Counted from the first letter of the whole stretch, positions 1 to 14,000 are shown. The stretch: 62,137 nucleotides of DNA, filler included, from Chiloscyllium plagiosum (GCF_004010195.1; 4 parts of one record of this genome joined end to end with filler, not necessarily neighbours in it), one strand, 5' to 3'. Translations and numbers: made by a program. Notes: generated from the sequence alone by a model not told the origin.

Positions 1-1725
1 TGTAATTGCTATGATATCCCAGTCCCATGTTCCTAACCATGCCCTGAGTTCATCTGCCTTCCCTGTTAGGCCCCTTGCATTGAAATAGATGCAGTTTAAT
101 TTATTAGTCCTACCTTGTCCCTGCCTGCCCTGACTGTTTGACTCACTTCTGTTCTCAGCTGTACCCGTCTCAGATTGATCTCTTTCCTCACTATCTCCTT
201 GGGTTGAACCCCACCCCCCACCTTACTAGTTTAAATCCTCCCAAGCAGTTCTAGCAAATTTCCCTGCCAGTATATTAGTCCCCTTCCAATTTAGGTGCAA
301 TCCGTCCTTCTTGCCCAGGTCACTTCTACCCCAAAAGAGATTCCAATGATCCAAACATGTGAATCCTTCTCCCATACACCAGCTCCTCAGCTATGCATTC
401 ATCTGCTCTATCCTCCTTTCCTGCCCTCACTAGCTCGTAGCACTGGGAGTAATCCAGATATTACTACCCTTGAGGACCTCCTTTTTAAATTTCTGCCTAG
501 CTCTCTGTAATCTCCCTTCAGAATCTCAACCTTTTCCCTTCCTATATCATTGGTTCCAATGTGGACAATGACCTCTTGCTGGCCCCTCTCTCCTGTGAAA
601 ACATTCTGCCCCCTCTCTGAGACATCCTTGATCCTGGCACCAGGGAAACAACACACCATTCTGTTTTTTCTCTGTCTGTACCTGTGACTACAGAATCCCC
701 TAACACAATTGATCTCTTGGAAGCTGATGTACCCCTCGTTGCATTAGAGCCAGTCGCAATACCAGAAACTTGGCTGTTCGTGCCATGTTCCCCTGAGAAT
801 CCATCACCCCCTACATTTTCCAAAACAGCATACCTGTTTGAAATGGGTATATCCACAAAAGACTCCTGCCCTCGGTGCCGACCTCTCTTACCCTTCCTGG
901 AGTTAACCCATCTATGTGACTGTATCTGAGAGATTCCCCCCTTCCTATAACTGCCATCCATCACATACTGTTGCTGTTGCAAATTCCTCAATGCTTCTAC
1001 CTGTCTCTCCAACTGATCCACTCGATCTGATAAGATTCACATTTATGGCAGATATAATCCGCAGTAACCCTTAAACTCTCTTTAAACTCCCACATCTGAC
1101 AAGAAGTACATATCACTGCAAAGGCCATTTTTGCTCCTTCACAATCTACAGACCCAGAAAATAACACCGTCTTATTCCTCTACAAAACACTGCACCAGGT
1201 TAAATTAAGAGCTATGGCTTATATTTTAAGTTTAATCAAGAGACTTATCTCCAAAAACATATAATCAAGAAAGAACCCACTGTACTCACTAATACAGCCT
1301 TTCTCTTGGACAGACTTAAAACAACAATTAACTTATCTGATTCTGTGTTGTGAACTTCGCCCAAACTTCGCCCAAACTGGTTCCTCCAAGATTAGTTGTT
1401 AGTTTTCCCAGACGCACTCCGATGTCCAGCAACACATGAATTCAAAAACAGCAAAGGCAGTAACTCTGCAGGTTCTCGTTCTCGTTCTCGTTCTCTCTCT
1501 GTCTCCTGCACTGACCTCACCATGTGCTTCCTTTGTCTGCTCTTCTCCCTTTTAAAACTGCTGTTGTTTTGACTTTTTTTTTCAAAGTTCCAAAACAATG
1601 CAACAGCATATAAAACAGTAATTGCTGCTCCAGAAAATCACCTCCAGCACCTAAAATCCCTCAAAAAAAGGAGCAGCTCTTACAGCCAGAAATTTTTCCT
1701 GTCCTCCATCTTGGATTACCCAGAA
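1..1725 (-). mobile_element. CR1-type LINE 5' portion: 5'UTR plus frameshifted ORF1 (SGNH esterase)
   Basis: ORF fragments IVLGDS, CFPGARIKDV, VIVHIGTNDIG and VVISGLLP are typical of CR1 ORF1 SGNH-hydrolase; coiled-coil-like MDQLERQVEALRNLQ lies upstream. Confidence 0.85.
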
Positions 1726-3413
1726 CACTTCAGGTCCAGTGACCACTCTTCAGACCCTTTTGAAGAAGGACCTGAAACATTAGCTCTGATTTCTCTCCAC
1801 AGATGCTGTCAGACCTGCTGAGTTTTTCCAGCAATTTCAATTTTTGTTTCTGGATTTATTTGCCCTGCCTTTCCCTTTCATGGAAATATACCGTGATTTT
1901 GTAATATTTCTCCTTTGAAGACAGTCAGTGCGTGGTTACAGTTTTTCCCTGTGAATCTAATGGTGCTCTGAGGGTTACCAGTGATGGGCTGGTAGCAAGT
2001 ACCCAGTTTGACTTGCCCTTGAGATTTATCTGCTGCCCTGTGTGAGCAGCCTCCAGGTCAGCAAGCAGGAGGCTGGAAGTATGTGGATGGTGATGTAGCC
2101 ACCAGCAGAATCTTATCACTCTGACTGACGCAGTGCACCTTTTATCACCTTTCAAAGGTGGGAGCTGCAGCATTCTCTGTGGAATCAGTCAACCCTAAAG
2201 CAGGTTGCATTGATTAGCTTGCAGAATTCCTCGGCAGAGGGATAGCAGTCAAAATATTATCAAAAATGTACATGAAACCCATCCCAATTTGAAATATTCT
2301 TTTACGGTTTTGAATCATCAAATGTTCAGGGTATTAAATTAATTGAACAGCTTTGATAGGGTTTGACAGAAATTAATCTACCACTGCCCTCTAGGGATGA
2401 AGTGGAGGTATTGCTCATGCTTCCTTGTTAAATATTTATTCCTGCTGCATCCTTGCCAGCACTGCGCTTAAGGTTAGATCCGCATTAATGGGGTGACCCA
2501 GACATCTACAAAGAAATAAGAAATTTACTTTTAAAAATGACCTTTTACAGTTCTATCTTTTTTAAGGTGTGAAAGGAAAACATGTCACATTGGGTATTGG
2601 GGCTGGGAAAGTGATGCTGGGAGTCTCCTCCTGATGTTGTCAGACATTGAGGACTGAAGCTTGCTTCACTGCCAATAGGCCCTGCTCTATCAACAGCCTG
2701 CACACACACTGGAGATTAAAGAGATACCGAAGCATTAGGTAAATGGGAAAAGCTGTGATAAATGGATTACAATAGAATCAGTGATTTATTAATTGTTAAC
2801 CTTAAAGTCTGAGATTGTGATTCTCCTAATTCTGAGGGCTGGCACTGAGACAGCTTGTCAGATCATGAGCCAATCAGCTTGATAAGGGCTATCCCACAAA
2901 CCTCAGGGCCTGTTGCCAGTGGCTGCTGGCCAATCAGAGACTCCACACAAGCCTCCTTTCACCAAACATTGACATGGATTTCTGTTCCTTCAGGTACTGA
3001 GTAAGCTTGGTGGAAGCCACATTCTCTTCCATATTTCTTTGCCTTGTTCAAGATACATCTCTCATCCTTTGCCTTCTCCAGCTCACCCTGTGCCCTCCCG
3101 ATTCCTCAGTTGCAATGACAAGTGTTTTTGCTTTTGCCTAAGTTCTGTCTGATTCACAAAATAATATCCACATTCTTGCTGTGAAGCCCATGTCTTTTTA
3201 TTTTGTATTTTTGATTGCAGTATAAAATGAGAATATAACTGTTTCAGGAATCAAAGATTATTGAAGGGTTATTGCACATTTTTGAAAGCAGCTAACGTGG
3301 CACTCATTGTAAGCACTGTTTACACAGCTGCTGGTTCAAGCAGTGGCAGGAGAAGGTGCAAACACACTGGAGTAAAGTGTATGTACACATAAAAATTCAG
3401 CCCACAACAAGTA

Positions 3414-3907
3414 CAGGAGAATCTCGATTATCCGAATACCAATTATCCGAAAATCGGATTATCCGAAGGAGATCTTGAGTTCCCAATAGAAACGTTACAT
3501 CAAAGACGTGTTTCCAAGTGATCGCGTCTTTTGTTTACAGTGATTAAACAGGCACTGTCTCCAAATGGCTGACCTCGTGCCCTCTCTCTCTCCCCACATC
3601 TTCCCTGGAGGGGTTTACCCTAAACCCCCCTTCCCCACGTAATCTCTCCAACATTGTCCTGTGCAGGGCAAACGTGGAACCTGTCAAAACTTTGCAATAA
3701 AAGGTTGTGTGTGTGGCTGTGGCTGTGTCTACGCGCTATTTGGAGACTTACCCCACAGAGGCAGCTGCAGCAGCAGCCGTTTTATTATTGGTGTGCAGTC
3801 CGGATACTTCGGAGAGGGGCTGGGGGTGGATGGTGGGGNNNCTGAATAATCGATTATCCAAACGAAATAATGCCCACTCATCTCGTTTGGATAATCGAGG
3901 TTCCCCT
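3414..3907. mobile_element. Non-autonomous Tc1/mariner-pogo(Tigger)-like DNA transposon (MITE)
   Basis: Begins TA|CAGGAGAATCTCGATTATCCGAA and ends TTGGATAATCGAGGTTCCCCT (imperfect TIRs), with subterminal ATTATCCGAA repeats. Confidence 0.7.
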
Positions 3908-4389
3908 AAAATTGATTGGTCTGTGTATTAGTAACCAATTACCAATGACAAAGGCCTTCTGCCTGACAACGGCAATGTGATTAGCTCCCAGGTAGCTGAA
4001 CAGCTTGGGACTGTGAAGAGGTCAGGGAGAAACTCCACTAGCTCTAGTGTGCTTTCTGTTCTCTGCACTAAAGGTCACTTTAAACCTGAAGAAAAACAGT
4101 TTATTGGTCTTTCAGCAGTTGGTGTAAGCTATACTTTTAATTAAGGAGTCAGAGATTTCTAAAAGTATGAGCCAGTCACCCTGTGCCTCCTGTAAACCAG
4201 TGAAAGCATCCGGAGAAGGAAGATTGAGAAATAGTGCTCTGATCAACACATGAATCATCTTAGCCACCTTGTGACCAGGTATCACTGAACTGCCTTGCCC
4301 TCTGTCCCTAACACCCATGATTTTTCCCCGGTCTATGTATTTGTAAGGGATTAGAGTTTTAATAGTAGAGTTATTTGCTGACAGTTCAT

Positions 4390-6680
4390 GATTGCTTGCC
4401 TTTATTGGTTAATGCATTGAGTTTAGGAGTTGGGAGATTATGTTGTGGCTGTACAGGAAATTGGTTAGGCCATTGTTGAAATATTGTGTGCAATTCTGGT
4501 CTCCTTACTATAGGAAGGATGTGGTGAAATTTGAAAGAGTTCAAAAAAGATTTACAAGCATGTTGCCAGGGTTAGAGGTTTTGAGCTATAGCGAGAGGCT
4601 GAGGGGGCTGTTTTCTCTGGAGTTTCAGAGACTGAGGGATGACCTTATAGAGGTTTATAAAATCACGAGGAACATGGATAGAGTAAATAGACAAGGGAGT
4701 TTCTCCAGAGTGGGGGAGTCCGGAACTAGAGGGCAGAGGATTAGGGTGAGAGGGGAAAGATTTAAAAGGGACCTAAGGGGCCATTTTTTCACACAGCGGG
4801 TGGTGTGTGTGTGGAATGAGCTGACAGAGGAAGTGGTGGAGGCTGGTACAATTACAACATTTCGCAGGCATCTGGATGGGTATATGAATTGGAAAGGTTT
4901 AGAGGGATAAGGGCCAAATGGGACTCAATTAATCTAGGATATCTGGTCGGCATAGGTGGGTTGGACCAAAGAGTCTGTTTCCGTGTTGTACAGCTATATG
5001 ACACTATAATTATTTACAGTTAGAGTTTGTATGGTTTTTTTTAGAATGGCAACTTGTAGCTAGTGGAGTGCCACAAGGGTCAATGTTGGGCTATAATTAT
5101 TTACACTGTATATTAATGACCTGGATAATGGAAATGAATGTACTATTGCGAAGTTTACCGACAACACAATAAAATAAATGGAAGACAAATGGTGAGGATG
5201 ACACAAAGAGTCTACAGAGGGTTATGGATAGATTAAGAGACTTGGCAGAAACCCCTGGCAGATGGAGAATAACGTGTGAAAACGTGAGGTTATGCACTTT
5301 GGCAGCAAGAGCAGGGGAGTAGAATATTATTTAATTGGAGAGAGGCTTCAGAAAACTGCAGCTCAAGGGGATTTGGGGTCCTCGTGCAGAAATCACAAAA
5401 TAAAGTTCAGTGAATAATGGACTGTTGCCTTTATTTCAGAGGGAATAGGTTATAAAAGTAGTGAGGTTTTGCTAAAATTGTGCAAGACACTGGTCAGACC
5501 ACATCTGGAATACTGTGATAATTGATCTTCTGATCTGAAAAAAGAAATACTGGTAATGGAAGCAATCCAGAGAAGGTTCACCATGCTGATTCAAGGTATG
5601 GAAGGATTTTCTTATTCGATGAGGTTGAGTAGATTGGGCTTGAATGAGAGATACCATATTGAAGTGTATTGGGTTCTTAGGGACTTTGCAGGATAGACTG
5701 GGGGAGGATTTTCCCCTTGTAGGAGAGACAATGAGCAGAGAGCAATATCTCAGTGTAAAGACTTGTCCATTTAAGACTGAGTTGAGGGGAACATTTTTTT
5801 CTCAGAAGGTAGTGAATCCTTTACCCTAGAGAGCTGGAGAGGTTGGGTCATTAAAGTATATTTAAGGCTAAGATAGACAAGTTTTTAATTGGCAGGGAAA
5901 ACATGTATAAAGGGGATAAAGTAGAAGAAAGTGGATTGATGATTATCTAATCAGGTCTGATTTCATTGAATGGCAGAGCAGATCTGATGGGCCAAATGGC
6001 CTTCATTGGTTCTGATATCATATGGTCTTAATATAGAGTCATAGAGTCATAGAGATGTACAACAAAGAAACAGATCCTTCGGTCCAACCTGTCCATGCCG
6101 ACCAGATATCCCAACCCAATCTAGTCCCACCTACCAGCACCAAGCCCATATCCCTCAGTTACATCCATTAGGTATAGGAAGGATATTATAATGTGGAGAG
6201 GGTTCAGAAGAGATTTAACATGATGTTGTCAGGTGTGGAGGTTTGAGTTAAAAGGAGAGGCTGCATAGGCTTGGAGTTCTTTCACTGGAGCATTGGAGGT
6301 TGAGAGGTGACCTTATGGAGTTTATAAAATAATGAGGAGCATGGATAGAGTTAATTGTAGTTATTGTTTCCCCAGGATAGGGGCTTTCATGACCATGTGG
6401 TACATGTTTAAGTTGAGAGGAGTGAGATTTTAAAAAGACATGGGGGAAAATTGTTTACACGGAGAGTGGCTCATGTGTTGAATGAACTTTCTGAGAAAGT
6501 GGTGGATGTGGGCACAATTACAATGTTAAAAAGACATTTGGATAAATTCGTAATTAGGAATGGTTTGGAGGGATATGGGCCAGGACCAGGCAACTGGTTT
6601 AGTTTGGGATCACGATCAGTATGGATTAGTTGGACCGAAGGGTATGTTTCCATGTTGTATGATTCTATGACTCTATGATC
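4390..6680 (+). mobile_element. Cluster of three 5'-truncated CR1 LINE 3' ends, plus a short inverted CR1 tail at ~6030-6155
   Basis: RT C-terminal motifs LYRKLVRPLLKYCVQFWSP, DLIEVYKI and FFTQRVVCVWNEL, with CTATGACT-type tails. Confidence 0.9.
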
Positions 6681-6965
6681 TAATACTGGGAAGATGGTAT
6701 ATCCTCCTTGCGTCACGTTCACACTCAGAAACGTTTATTTGTTCCCCAAACAATAAAATCCCTTCTCACCATTGATTACCCACACTTTTCAACAGGAGAA
6801 TCGACGTTTCGGGCATTAGCCCTTCTTCAGGAATGATTCTATGACTCTATGATCTAATACTGGGAAGATGGTATATCCTCCTTGTGTCACGTTCACACTC
6901 AGAAACGTTTATTTGTTCCCCAAACAATAAAATCCCTTCTCACCATTGATTACCCACACTTTTCA
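6659..6965 (+). repeat. 133-bp direct duplication flanking a 41-bp Penelope hammerhead fragment
   Basis: 6659-6791 and 6833-6965 are identical apart from one C/T difference; the insert is 6792-6832. Confidence 0.95.
6795..6836 (-). ncRNA. Minimal hammerhead ribozyme (Penelope-type)
   Basis: Minus strand reads AUUC-CUGAAGA-A-GGGC-UAAU-GCCC-GAAAC-GUC-GAUU, giving the core boxes CUGANGA and GAAA, a 4-bp stem II and a GUC cleavage triplet. Confidence 0.75.
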
Positions 6966-8186
6966 TTCCTCCCCTGAGCTACTTACAGTATCTCAGTCTT
7001 ACTCTTGCTGTAAAATGTAGATTTGGCACTAACATTTCCGATTATAATGTTACTGCGTGAGAAAGCAGCTGGATAGCAACGTTAGTAATATGCTTCCATC
7101 CGAAGTGCACACAAACCAGTGTTGTGTTACGTTTGATTATTTCTTTTAACTGTGGATATTTCTGGATTTGTTTAAGGAAGTGCTGCTATCTCATGAACCT
7201 GTAATTCTGTTGCTGAACCAACAAACATGTACAACCACACCAAACAACTGCCTATTCATTAAAACTGAAAGCTACGTGAGTAATTGCTGCAAATTTCCCA
7301 CAGGGAATTGAGAACGGCTGGATTTTTCTCTTACAGTTGGTTGGCTTCTCTTCAGCTTCACATACAAACTGCAATTATTACCCGCAAACCAGTGCTCCCA
7401 CCCCCACCCCCAGCAGCAAGTTGTAATAATTGTCATCAGTTACCACGGAGTAGGAGCCAAGTCTCATTAATTATACAGAAGGAAGCAACTCGTTTGGCAC
7501 AAGTGTTAATGAACAACAACATTCTTTCATCCACAAAATTATGTTGTGTTGAAAATTACTCGACAATGCTTGCATTGTAATGTGGCTTCACAGCACTGTT
7601 GTGGGTGATGCTCAGTAAATGGTTGGAAGACAGTCCTTAGTCAGTAAAGTATTCACTGTGCCCTGCCTTGCATCTCTTAGACCCAGCACAGTACGGGCTA
7701 AGTTATTATGACACTGGAGTAGAGTTTCTACTTTGAGGGAAATTGCACCCAAAAAAATGCATTTGAAGTTGGTCTTTGGGGTACAGTTCAAATTTCCACT
7801 GAAGTTAATTTGCAGCCATAGGAAGGGATGGAGTACACAAACACAGGAAAAAAGTTAGCAAGGAATAAGGAGGAAAATGGGAAATAACGGTTAGAAGGCC
7901 AAATTAACAGCTCTTTACATATTGCATTTGGAATAAAATTGATGAATTAATGGCACAGAGAGTGGTTAAGGGGTAAGATTTTCTAACCATTCCGGAGATT
8001 TCATAACAAGTGTTTCAGAGCTGGGAACAAAATATTCAGGGGATATATGCCGTTTTCAAAAGGACAGGCAGGAAGAGAAGGGTGGTGAGGCAGCATTATT
8101 GATTAGCGATGGAATAAGTATTATAGCAAGAAATGATCTTGAACGTACAGTCCAGATGGTGGAGGTCCGAAATAACAACACAAAAG

Positions 8187-8338
8187 TGATAGAGTTGAGA
8201 GTGTGGTGCTGGAAAAGCACAGCAGCTGAGGCAGCATCCGAGGAGCAGGAAAATCGACATTTCGGGCAAGAGCCCTTCAGCTTTTCCAGCACCACACTCT
8301 CGACTCTGATCGCCAGCATCTGCAATCCTCACCTTCTC
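8187..8338. mobile_element. Palindromic Penelope terminal-repeat derivative inserted in a decayed CR1 (about 7790-8520)
   Basis: Inverted arms GAGAGTGTGGTGCTGGAAAAGC / GCTTTTCCAGCACCACACTCTC, a degenerate hammerhead, and CAACACAAA on both flanks. Confidence 0.7.
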
Positions 8339-9000
8339 CAACACAAAGGAGACACCCGCGTGAGTAGTCTATAGGACCCCTAACAGCAGTTGGTCTGTAG
8401 GAAAGAGAATAAATCAGGAGATGATAGGGTCATGTAAAAAGGCAGTATATTATTCATGAATGACTTTAATCTTCATGTTGATTGGGGGCGGACTTGATGG
8501 GCCGATTGGCCTACTTCTGATTTGGTTTTGTGTTCCTTTTGCCCCCCGCCCCCCAGCCCCCTCCCCAGCCAGTGTGCTCAGAGGTACAGTAATCACAAAC
8601 CAACCAGAGCTGCCCAGCCACAGCTCGGCCCACTAGCCAATCCCATTCTTTGAAGCAGGTTTATGTCCCCACCCCCTGCCCCTCTCAGTGTTAGTTTTAT
8701 CCCCCCGATAATAATGACTGTAATTCTAAATCAGGCTGACTAGTCAATTCGAAACAGTTCCCAGGGATTACCAGAGTTCCCACGGAGGGTGAACTATGTT
8801 GCAATCTGGCCTACCATTCCGGAGTCCACCTCGTTCCCAAAGCTGATCCCATGAAGGACAATGTCAACCAGTTACCCATTAGGAAAATGACCACCGTGTA
8901 TCTCGACAGCCACTGAAGTAAAGGAGCCTCTCTTAAATGACAACGCAGGGAGTGATTAGGCTTCAGCTGTAGTAATGAATTAGTCCAATAGTTGCTCCTT

Positions 9001-9790
9001 GGGGAGACAATGGCATGGTGGTAACTTCACTGGACATTAATGTTCTAATGCTGTGGGGAGATGGGTTTGAATCCCACCATGGCGAATGGTGAAAAATTAA
9101 CTCAGTTCAAGTCTAGCCGAATGGTGACAATATCACCACTTGGTGAAAGTGAGGACTGCAGATGCTGGAGGGTCAGAGTCGAAAAATGTGGTGTTGGAAA
9201 AGCACAGCAGGTCAGGCAGCTTTCAAGGAGCAGGAGAGTCAACGTTTCGGACATAAGCCCTTCATCAGGAATGTGGGCAGGAAAGGGAGCTGAGAGATAA
9301 ATAGGAGGGTGGGGGTGAGGGTGGGGCTGGGGGAAGGTAACTGAAGGTGATAGGTGGATGGAAGTGAGGCTGATGGTGATAGGGTTGATGGGGAGGGTGG
9401 AGTGGATAGGTGGGAAGGAAGATGGACAGGTGGGACAGGTCATGGGGACGGTGCCACATTTGAGGGTCAGATCTGGGATGAGGTATCACCATCAACTTCA
9501 CTAGTTTCCAAATTGATTTCCCCCCCTCCACCTCACGATCTGCTGTTCCAACGCCACACTTTTTGACCACATAACCATCGTCAATTGCTGTAAAAACCCA
9601 CAGTTTCATGAATGTCCCTCCGGAGAAGGGAAATCTGCTGCCTTTACTTGGTCTGGCTTACATGTGACTCCAGACCTATGGTAACTGTAGCTGACCCTTA
9701 ACTATGCTCTGGGCAAATTCAGGTCAGGTTGGGCAATAAGTGCCAGCTCAGTCAGTGACACCCACATGCTGTGAATGAATAAATAAAAGA
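9001..9790 (+). mobile_element. tRNA-derived SINE interrupted by a minus-strand Penelope terminal-repeat insertion (~9140-9560)
   Basis: A/B-box-like head (TGGCATGGTGG...GGTTTGAATCCC), body GTGACTCCAGACC and tail GACACCCACATGCTGTGAATGAAT; the insert begins GAAAGTGAGGACTGCAGATGCTGG. Confidence 0.7.
9235..9275 (-). ncRNA. Minimal hammerhead ribozyme (Penelope-type)
   Basis: Minus strand reads AUUC-CUGAUGA-A-GGGC-UUAU-GUCC-GAAAC-GUU-GACU, inside a Penelope terminal repeat. Confidence 0.65.
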
Positions 9791-11644
9791 TAACAGGTAA
9801 AAAATACAGAAAACGTTGCGAAGCAATACACTGTAGTTACTGGGGGGATTTGAACTGTTCATGCAGTTAATGATCTGATGTAAGCAGCAAGTGAGACAAG
9901 CATGAGTTAGACAGTGGTAGACTAAATGATTGCTTCTTTATTCAATACATGAGGGAGAGTTACTAAAGAGCACAACTTGTTTGATTTAATACTTAGTCAT
10001 CCAGAGATGATTGGCCTTATTCCCTGATGAAGCACTCAGGGATAGTGATGCATGAATCCTCTTGAATTTGAAAGATAGGACTCTTGAGATTGAAAGGATA
10101 CAACCAGTGAAGAATTTCAATTTTTAAATCACCTCATTGCACTTTACAAATCTATTCCAGTTGATGCCAAATCTTCCCATAACATCCTGCTGCTCTCTCC
10201 TCTACAGCTCAGCTCTTGATCGAAACTGACACCAGCAAGTTAGCAAACTGTTTGTTGAGGAAATTCATTCTCTTAAAGCCAGTTTGACATATTTGCAGAG
10301 CTTATGATTTTTCTTTCTACATTTGACTTGCCAGACAGAATCTCATGTATGTTAACTTGTGTTTTATTTACAAAAATAAACCATGCAGCCTTAGGGCATA
10401 AGTGATGCTGACAAAGCCATATTTAATCCCCCTTTCTCAGATGCTTGGAAAGGCTGGTGACCTGATGCCTGTATTCTGTGTAGTGAAAACACTCCTACCA
10501 TCTGGGAAATTCAGGGAAACTGAGCCAGCAACAAGGGAGGAATGACGCGTACAAATCTGAATGCTTTGTGATGTAGAGAGGACCTTGGCTGTGATAATGT
10601 TGCCATGTCCTTCTCAGTGGTAACGTTTGCAAGGGATGGAATTGGTCTCATTATGACTTGGTGAATTGCTGCATGGCATCCTGAGCTGGTACACACTGAG
10701 CTGGTGAAGGTGGATATTAGGTACAGTGCCAGTGCATTGGTTAAGCATATTGTTCTGTTCTGGATAGTGTTGAGCAGCTAAATGTTTGTTGCAATTGCAC
10801 AAGTTCAGTTGAGCATTAAGTACGTGAGGGTCAGTTAGCTCAGTTGGTCTCTGATGCAGAGTAATGCTGATATTGTGGGTTCAATTCCCTTACTGACGAA
10901 GGTTACAATGCAGGACCTTCTCCCCTCCCCTCAAGTTAAACTATGGCCAATTGCCTTTCTGTGATGAGAGGGTAGCCCTGTGGTCCACTAGGATTATGGT
11001 GGTATGACCTTTATTCCATCACTTCCCTGACTACCATATTGATGGCTTTGGGGTCAGAAGTGGAGTCAGCTTTCACAAAGTATCCAGACTTTCCTCTGTT
11101 TAGACAGCCATAGTGTTGAGGTAGTATGTCAAGTTCAACTACTGGTCAGTGATGAGAGCTGGAATATTGATGGGGAGTACTCATTGCTGTTTGTAATTAA
11201 GAATAATGAGCGGCTTCCTTTTGTTTAGGTGACACAGATACAGCCTCACCACCTAACAGCCCAGGTCTGGATACTGTCCAGATTCTGCTGGAGGCTGATA
11301 TAGGCTGAATGGAGAACATGTCAACACAGCATCAACAAATAATACCACTTCTGCGAGTGTTGTTGGAGCTGCACACATCCAGGCACAAGGGGAGTATTCC
11401 AGCATACTCCTGACTTGTAGATGATAGATTCACTGCCTGCAGCATTCCTAGCCTGTTACCTGCTTTTGTAGTATCAGCGAATCCAGACAGGGAGGAAGGA
11501 GGCTATACAGCCCATCACATCCACATCAACACTCCAAATCCCACTCAGTCCCTGTATCCCTGCAATTACCACGGCGAATCCTGCTAACCTACACATCCAT
11601 GGACATTATGGGCAACTTAGCATGGCCAATCACCTAACCTGCAT

Positions 11645-12678
11645 TTACATAGAACATAGAAGAATACAGCGCAGTACAGACCCTTTGGCCCTCGATGTTG
11701 CGCCGATCCAAGCCCACCTAACCTACACTAGCCCACTATCCTCCATATGCCTATCCAATGCCCGTCTAAATGCCAATAAAGAGGGAGAGTCCACCACTGC
11801 TACTGGCAGGGCATTCCATGAACTTACGACTCGCTGAGTAAAGAATCTACCCCTAACATCTGTCCTATACCTACCACCCCTTAATTTAAAGCTATGCCCC
11901 CTCGTAATAGCTGACTCCATACGTGGAAAAAGGTTCTCGCGGTCAACCCTATCTAAACCCCTAATCATCTTGTACACCTCTATCAAGTCACCCCTAAACC
12001 TTCTTTTCTCCAATGAAAACAACCCCAAGTGCCTCAGCCTTTCCTAATACGATCTTTCTACCATACCAGGCAACATCCTGGTAAACCTCCTCCAGTGCCT
12101 CCACATCCTTCCTATAGTATGACGACCAAAACTGCACACAATACTCCAGATGCGGCAGCACCAGAGTCTTATACAACTGCAACATGACCTCAGTACTCCG
12201 AAACTCAATTCCTCTACCAATAAAAGCCAGTACGCCATATACCTTCTTCACCACACTATTTACCTGGGTGGCAACTTCCAAAGATCTGTGTACATGGACA
12301 CCAAGATCCCTCTGCTCATCCACACTACCAAGTACCTGAACATTAGCCCAGTGCTCCATCTTTTTGTTACTCTTACCAAAGTGAATCAACTCATACTTAC
12401 CTACATTGAACTCCATTTGCCACCTTTCTGCCCAGCTCAGCAGCTTCTCTATATCCTGCTGTAACCTGCCACATCCTTCCTCACTGTCAACAACTCCACC
12501 GACTTTCGTATCATCCGCAAACTTGCTCACCCAACCTTCTAACCCCTCTTCCAGGTCATTTATAAAAATGACAAACAGCAATGGTCCCAAAACAGATCCT
12601 TGCGGAACACCGCTAGTGACGGCACTCCATGAAGAAACTTTGCCATCAACTACTACCCTCTGTCTTCTTCCAGCCAGC
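11645..12678 (-). mobile_element. CR1 LINE, RT domain to 3' end
   Basis: Motifs GVPQGSVLGPLLFVIFINDL, SKFADDTK, LYKTLVLPHLEYCVQFWS and RGDLIEVYK; TTCTATG tail; sits within an HE1-like SINE remnant. Confidence 0.92.
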
Positions 12679-12789
12679 CAACTCCCAAACCATGCTGACT
12701 ATCTTTGATCACATTATTCCTATCCAGATGTTCATAAATCCTATCCCTTACAATTTCTTTGGACTGTGGGAGGAGACCGGAGCACCCAG

Positions 12790-13035
12790 CACCAGGTCGT
12801 TGATGAAGCAGCTGAAGGTGGCTGGTCTGAGGACACTATCTTGAGGAACTCCTGCAGAGGCATCCTGGAACAGCAATGACTGACCACCAACCCCCACAAC
12901 CATCTTCCAATCTGCCAGGTGTGACTCCAACCAGTGGAGAGTCTCCCTGATTCCCGATGATCCAGTTTTGCTCGGGCTCCATAATAACCAGTCAACTGCT
13001 GCCGTGATGCCACAGGCAGTCACTCTCACCTCATC
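12790..13035 (-). mobile_element. LINE RT fragment, same family as 34700-36310
   Basis: Translation WLESHLADWKMVVGVGGQS...AGVPQDSVLRPATFSCFINDL. Confidence 0.8.
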
Positions 13036-13930
13036 TTATCAAATGCCTTATGGAAATACACTACATCTACAGGTATCCTTTATTTACTTTACTTGTTACA
13101 TCTGACATTCCTGTGAAGCTGTGTGGCTGTGCAGCCGCTGGGAAACTCCGCACACATTGATCGGTGTGTCAATGCAGGCCTTCCGTTCCCAGAAGCCACC
13201 TTGTATGTCCATGCAGCAGCAAGAAAGCGGGAAGCAGGAAGGTTATTTATATCCTCGAAATGGTGGAATAAATCTGTCAAACTCAATTTCCCTTTCGTAT
13301 CCCATGCTGAGTTTGTCTGATGATACTGTGATTTTCTAAGTGTGTCACTAAGACTTGACCAAAATTAGCTTCCAGCATTTTCCCAATGACTGATGTCATG
13401 GTAACAGGGCCTGTTGTTCTTTGATTTTGCTTTCACCTCCTTTCCTGAGTAGTGGTGATGTATTTGATAGCTTCCAATCCACTGGGAACATGATAGAATC
13501 CGTAAAATCTTGGAAAAAAAAAACATGAACAATACATTTCCTATTTCAGTCGTTTCATCTTTTTACAGCAGAAATATCCAGACACCTTTAACAGTGGCAA
13601 GTAGACCAAGCACATGAAACAGACACACAACAATATTTGGCTAAACATTTACAACTGCAAAAAATTCAGACTTGCAGATCATTACCCCTGTTTTCCAGTC
13701 AATTTATTTGAATCATTCAAAGAGATGTTTTGGTGCTATTTTCTCTAAATGTAATACCAGAGGGAAGCCCCTTGAATCCAATTTGCATCCATTGACAGAA
13801 TGAGTAACACATCCTGATGTGGTTTATAATTGATGAAGCATCGGAGGCAGAAAGAGAACATCTTGGTTCAGGAAGATTCCATTTAGCAGGAAGAAATATC
13901 AGCTGAAGGTGTTCAAAGCAAAGCACTTAC

Positions 13931-14000
13931 CTGGATAGAGCAACCAGGATGATGTGTGGGAAAGCCCTTACTAATCACATTGCCATCCGTTTGTGCATCC
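13931..14000 (-). CDS. Candidate internal exon (70 nt, phase 2-0)
   Basis: Acceptor aatatttcag|G and a consensus donor CAG|gtaagt. The open frame (R)DAQTDGNVISKGFPTHHPGCSIQ joins in phase to the 21385-21443 exon. No homology recognised. Confidence 0.35.

Noticed and set aside
13230..13345. Possible METTL24 exon (WDTKGEIEFDRF)
   Set aside because: It is better explained as a decayed CR1 RT segment (QHGF.KGKSCLT.L..FE).
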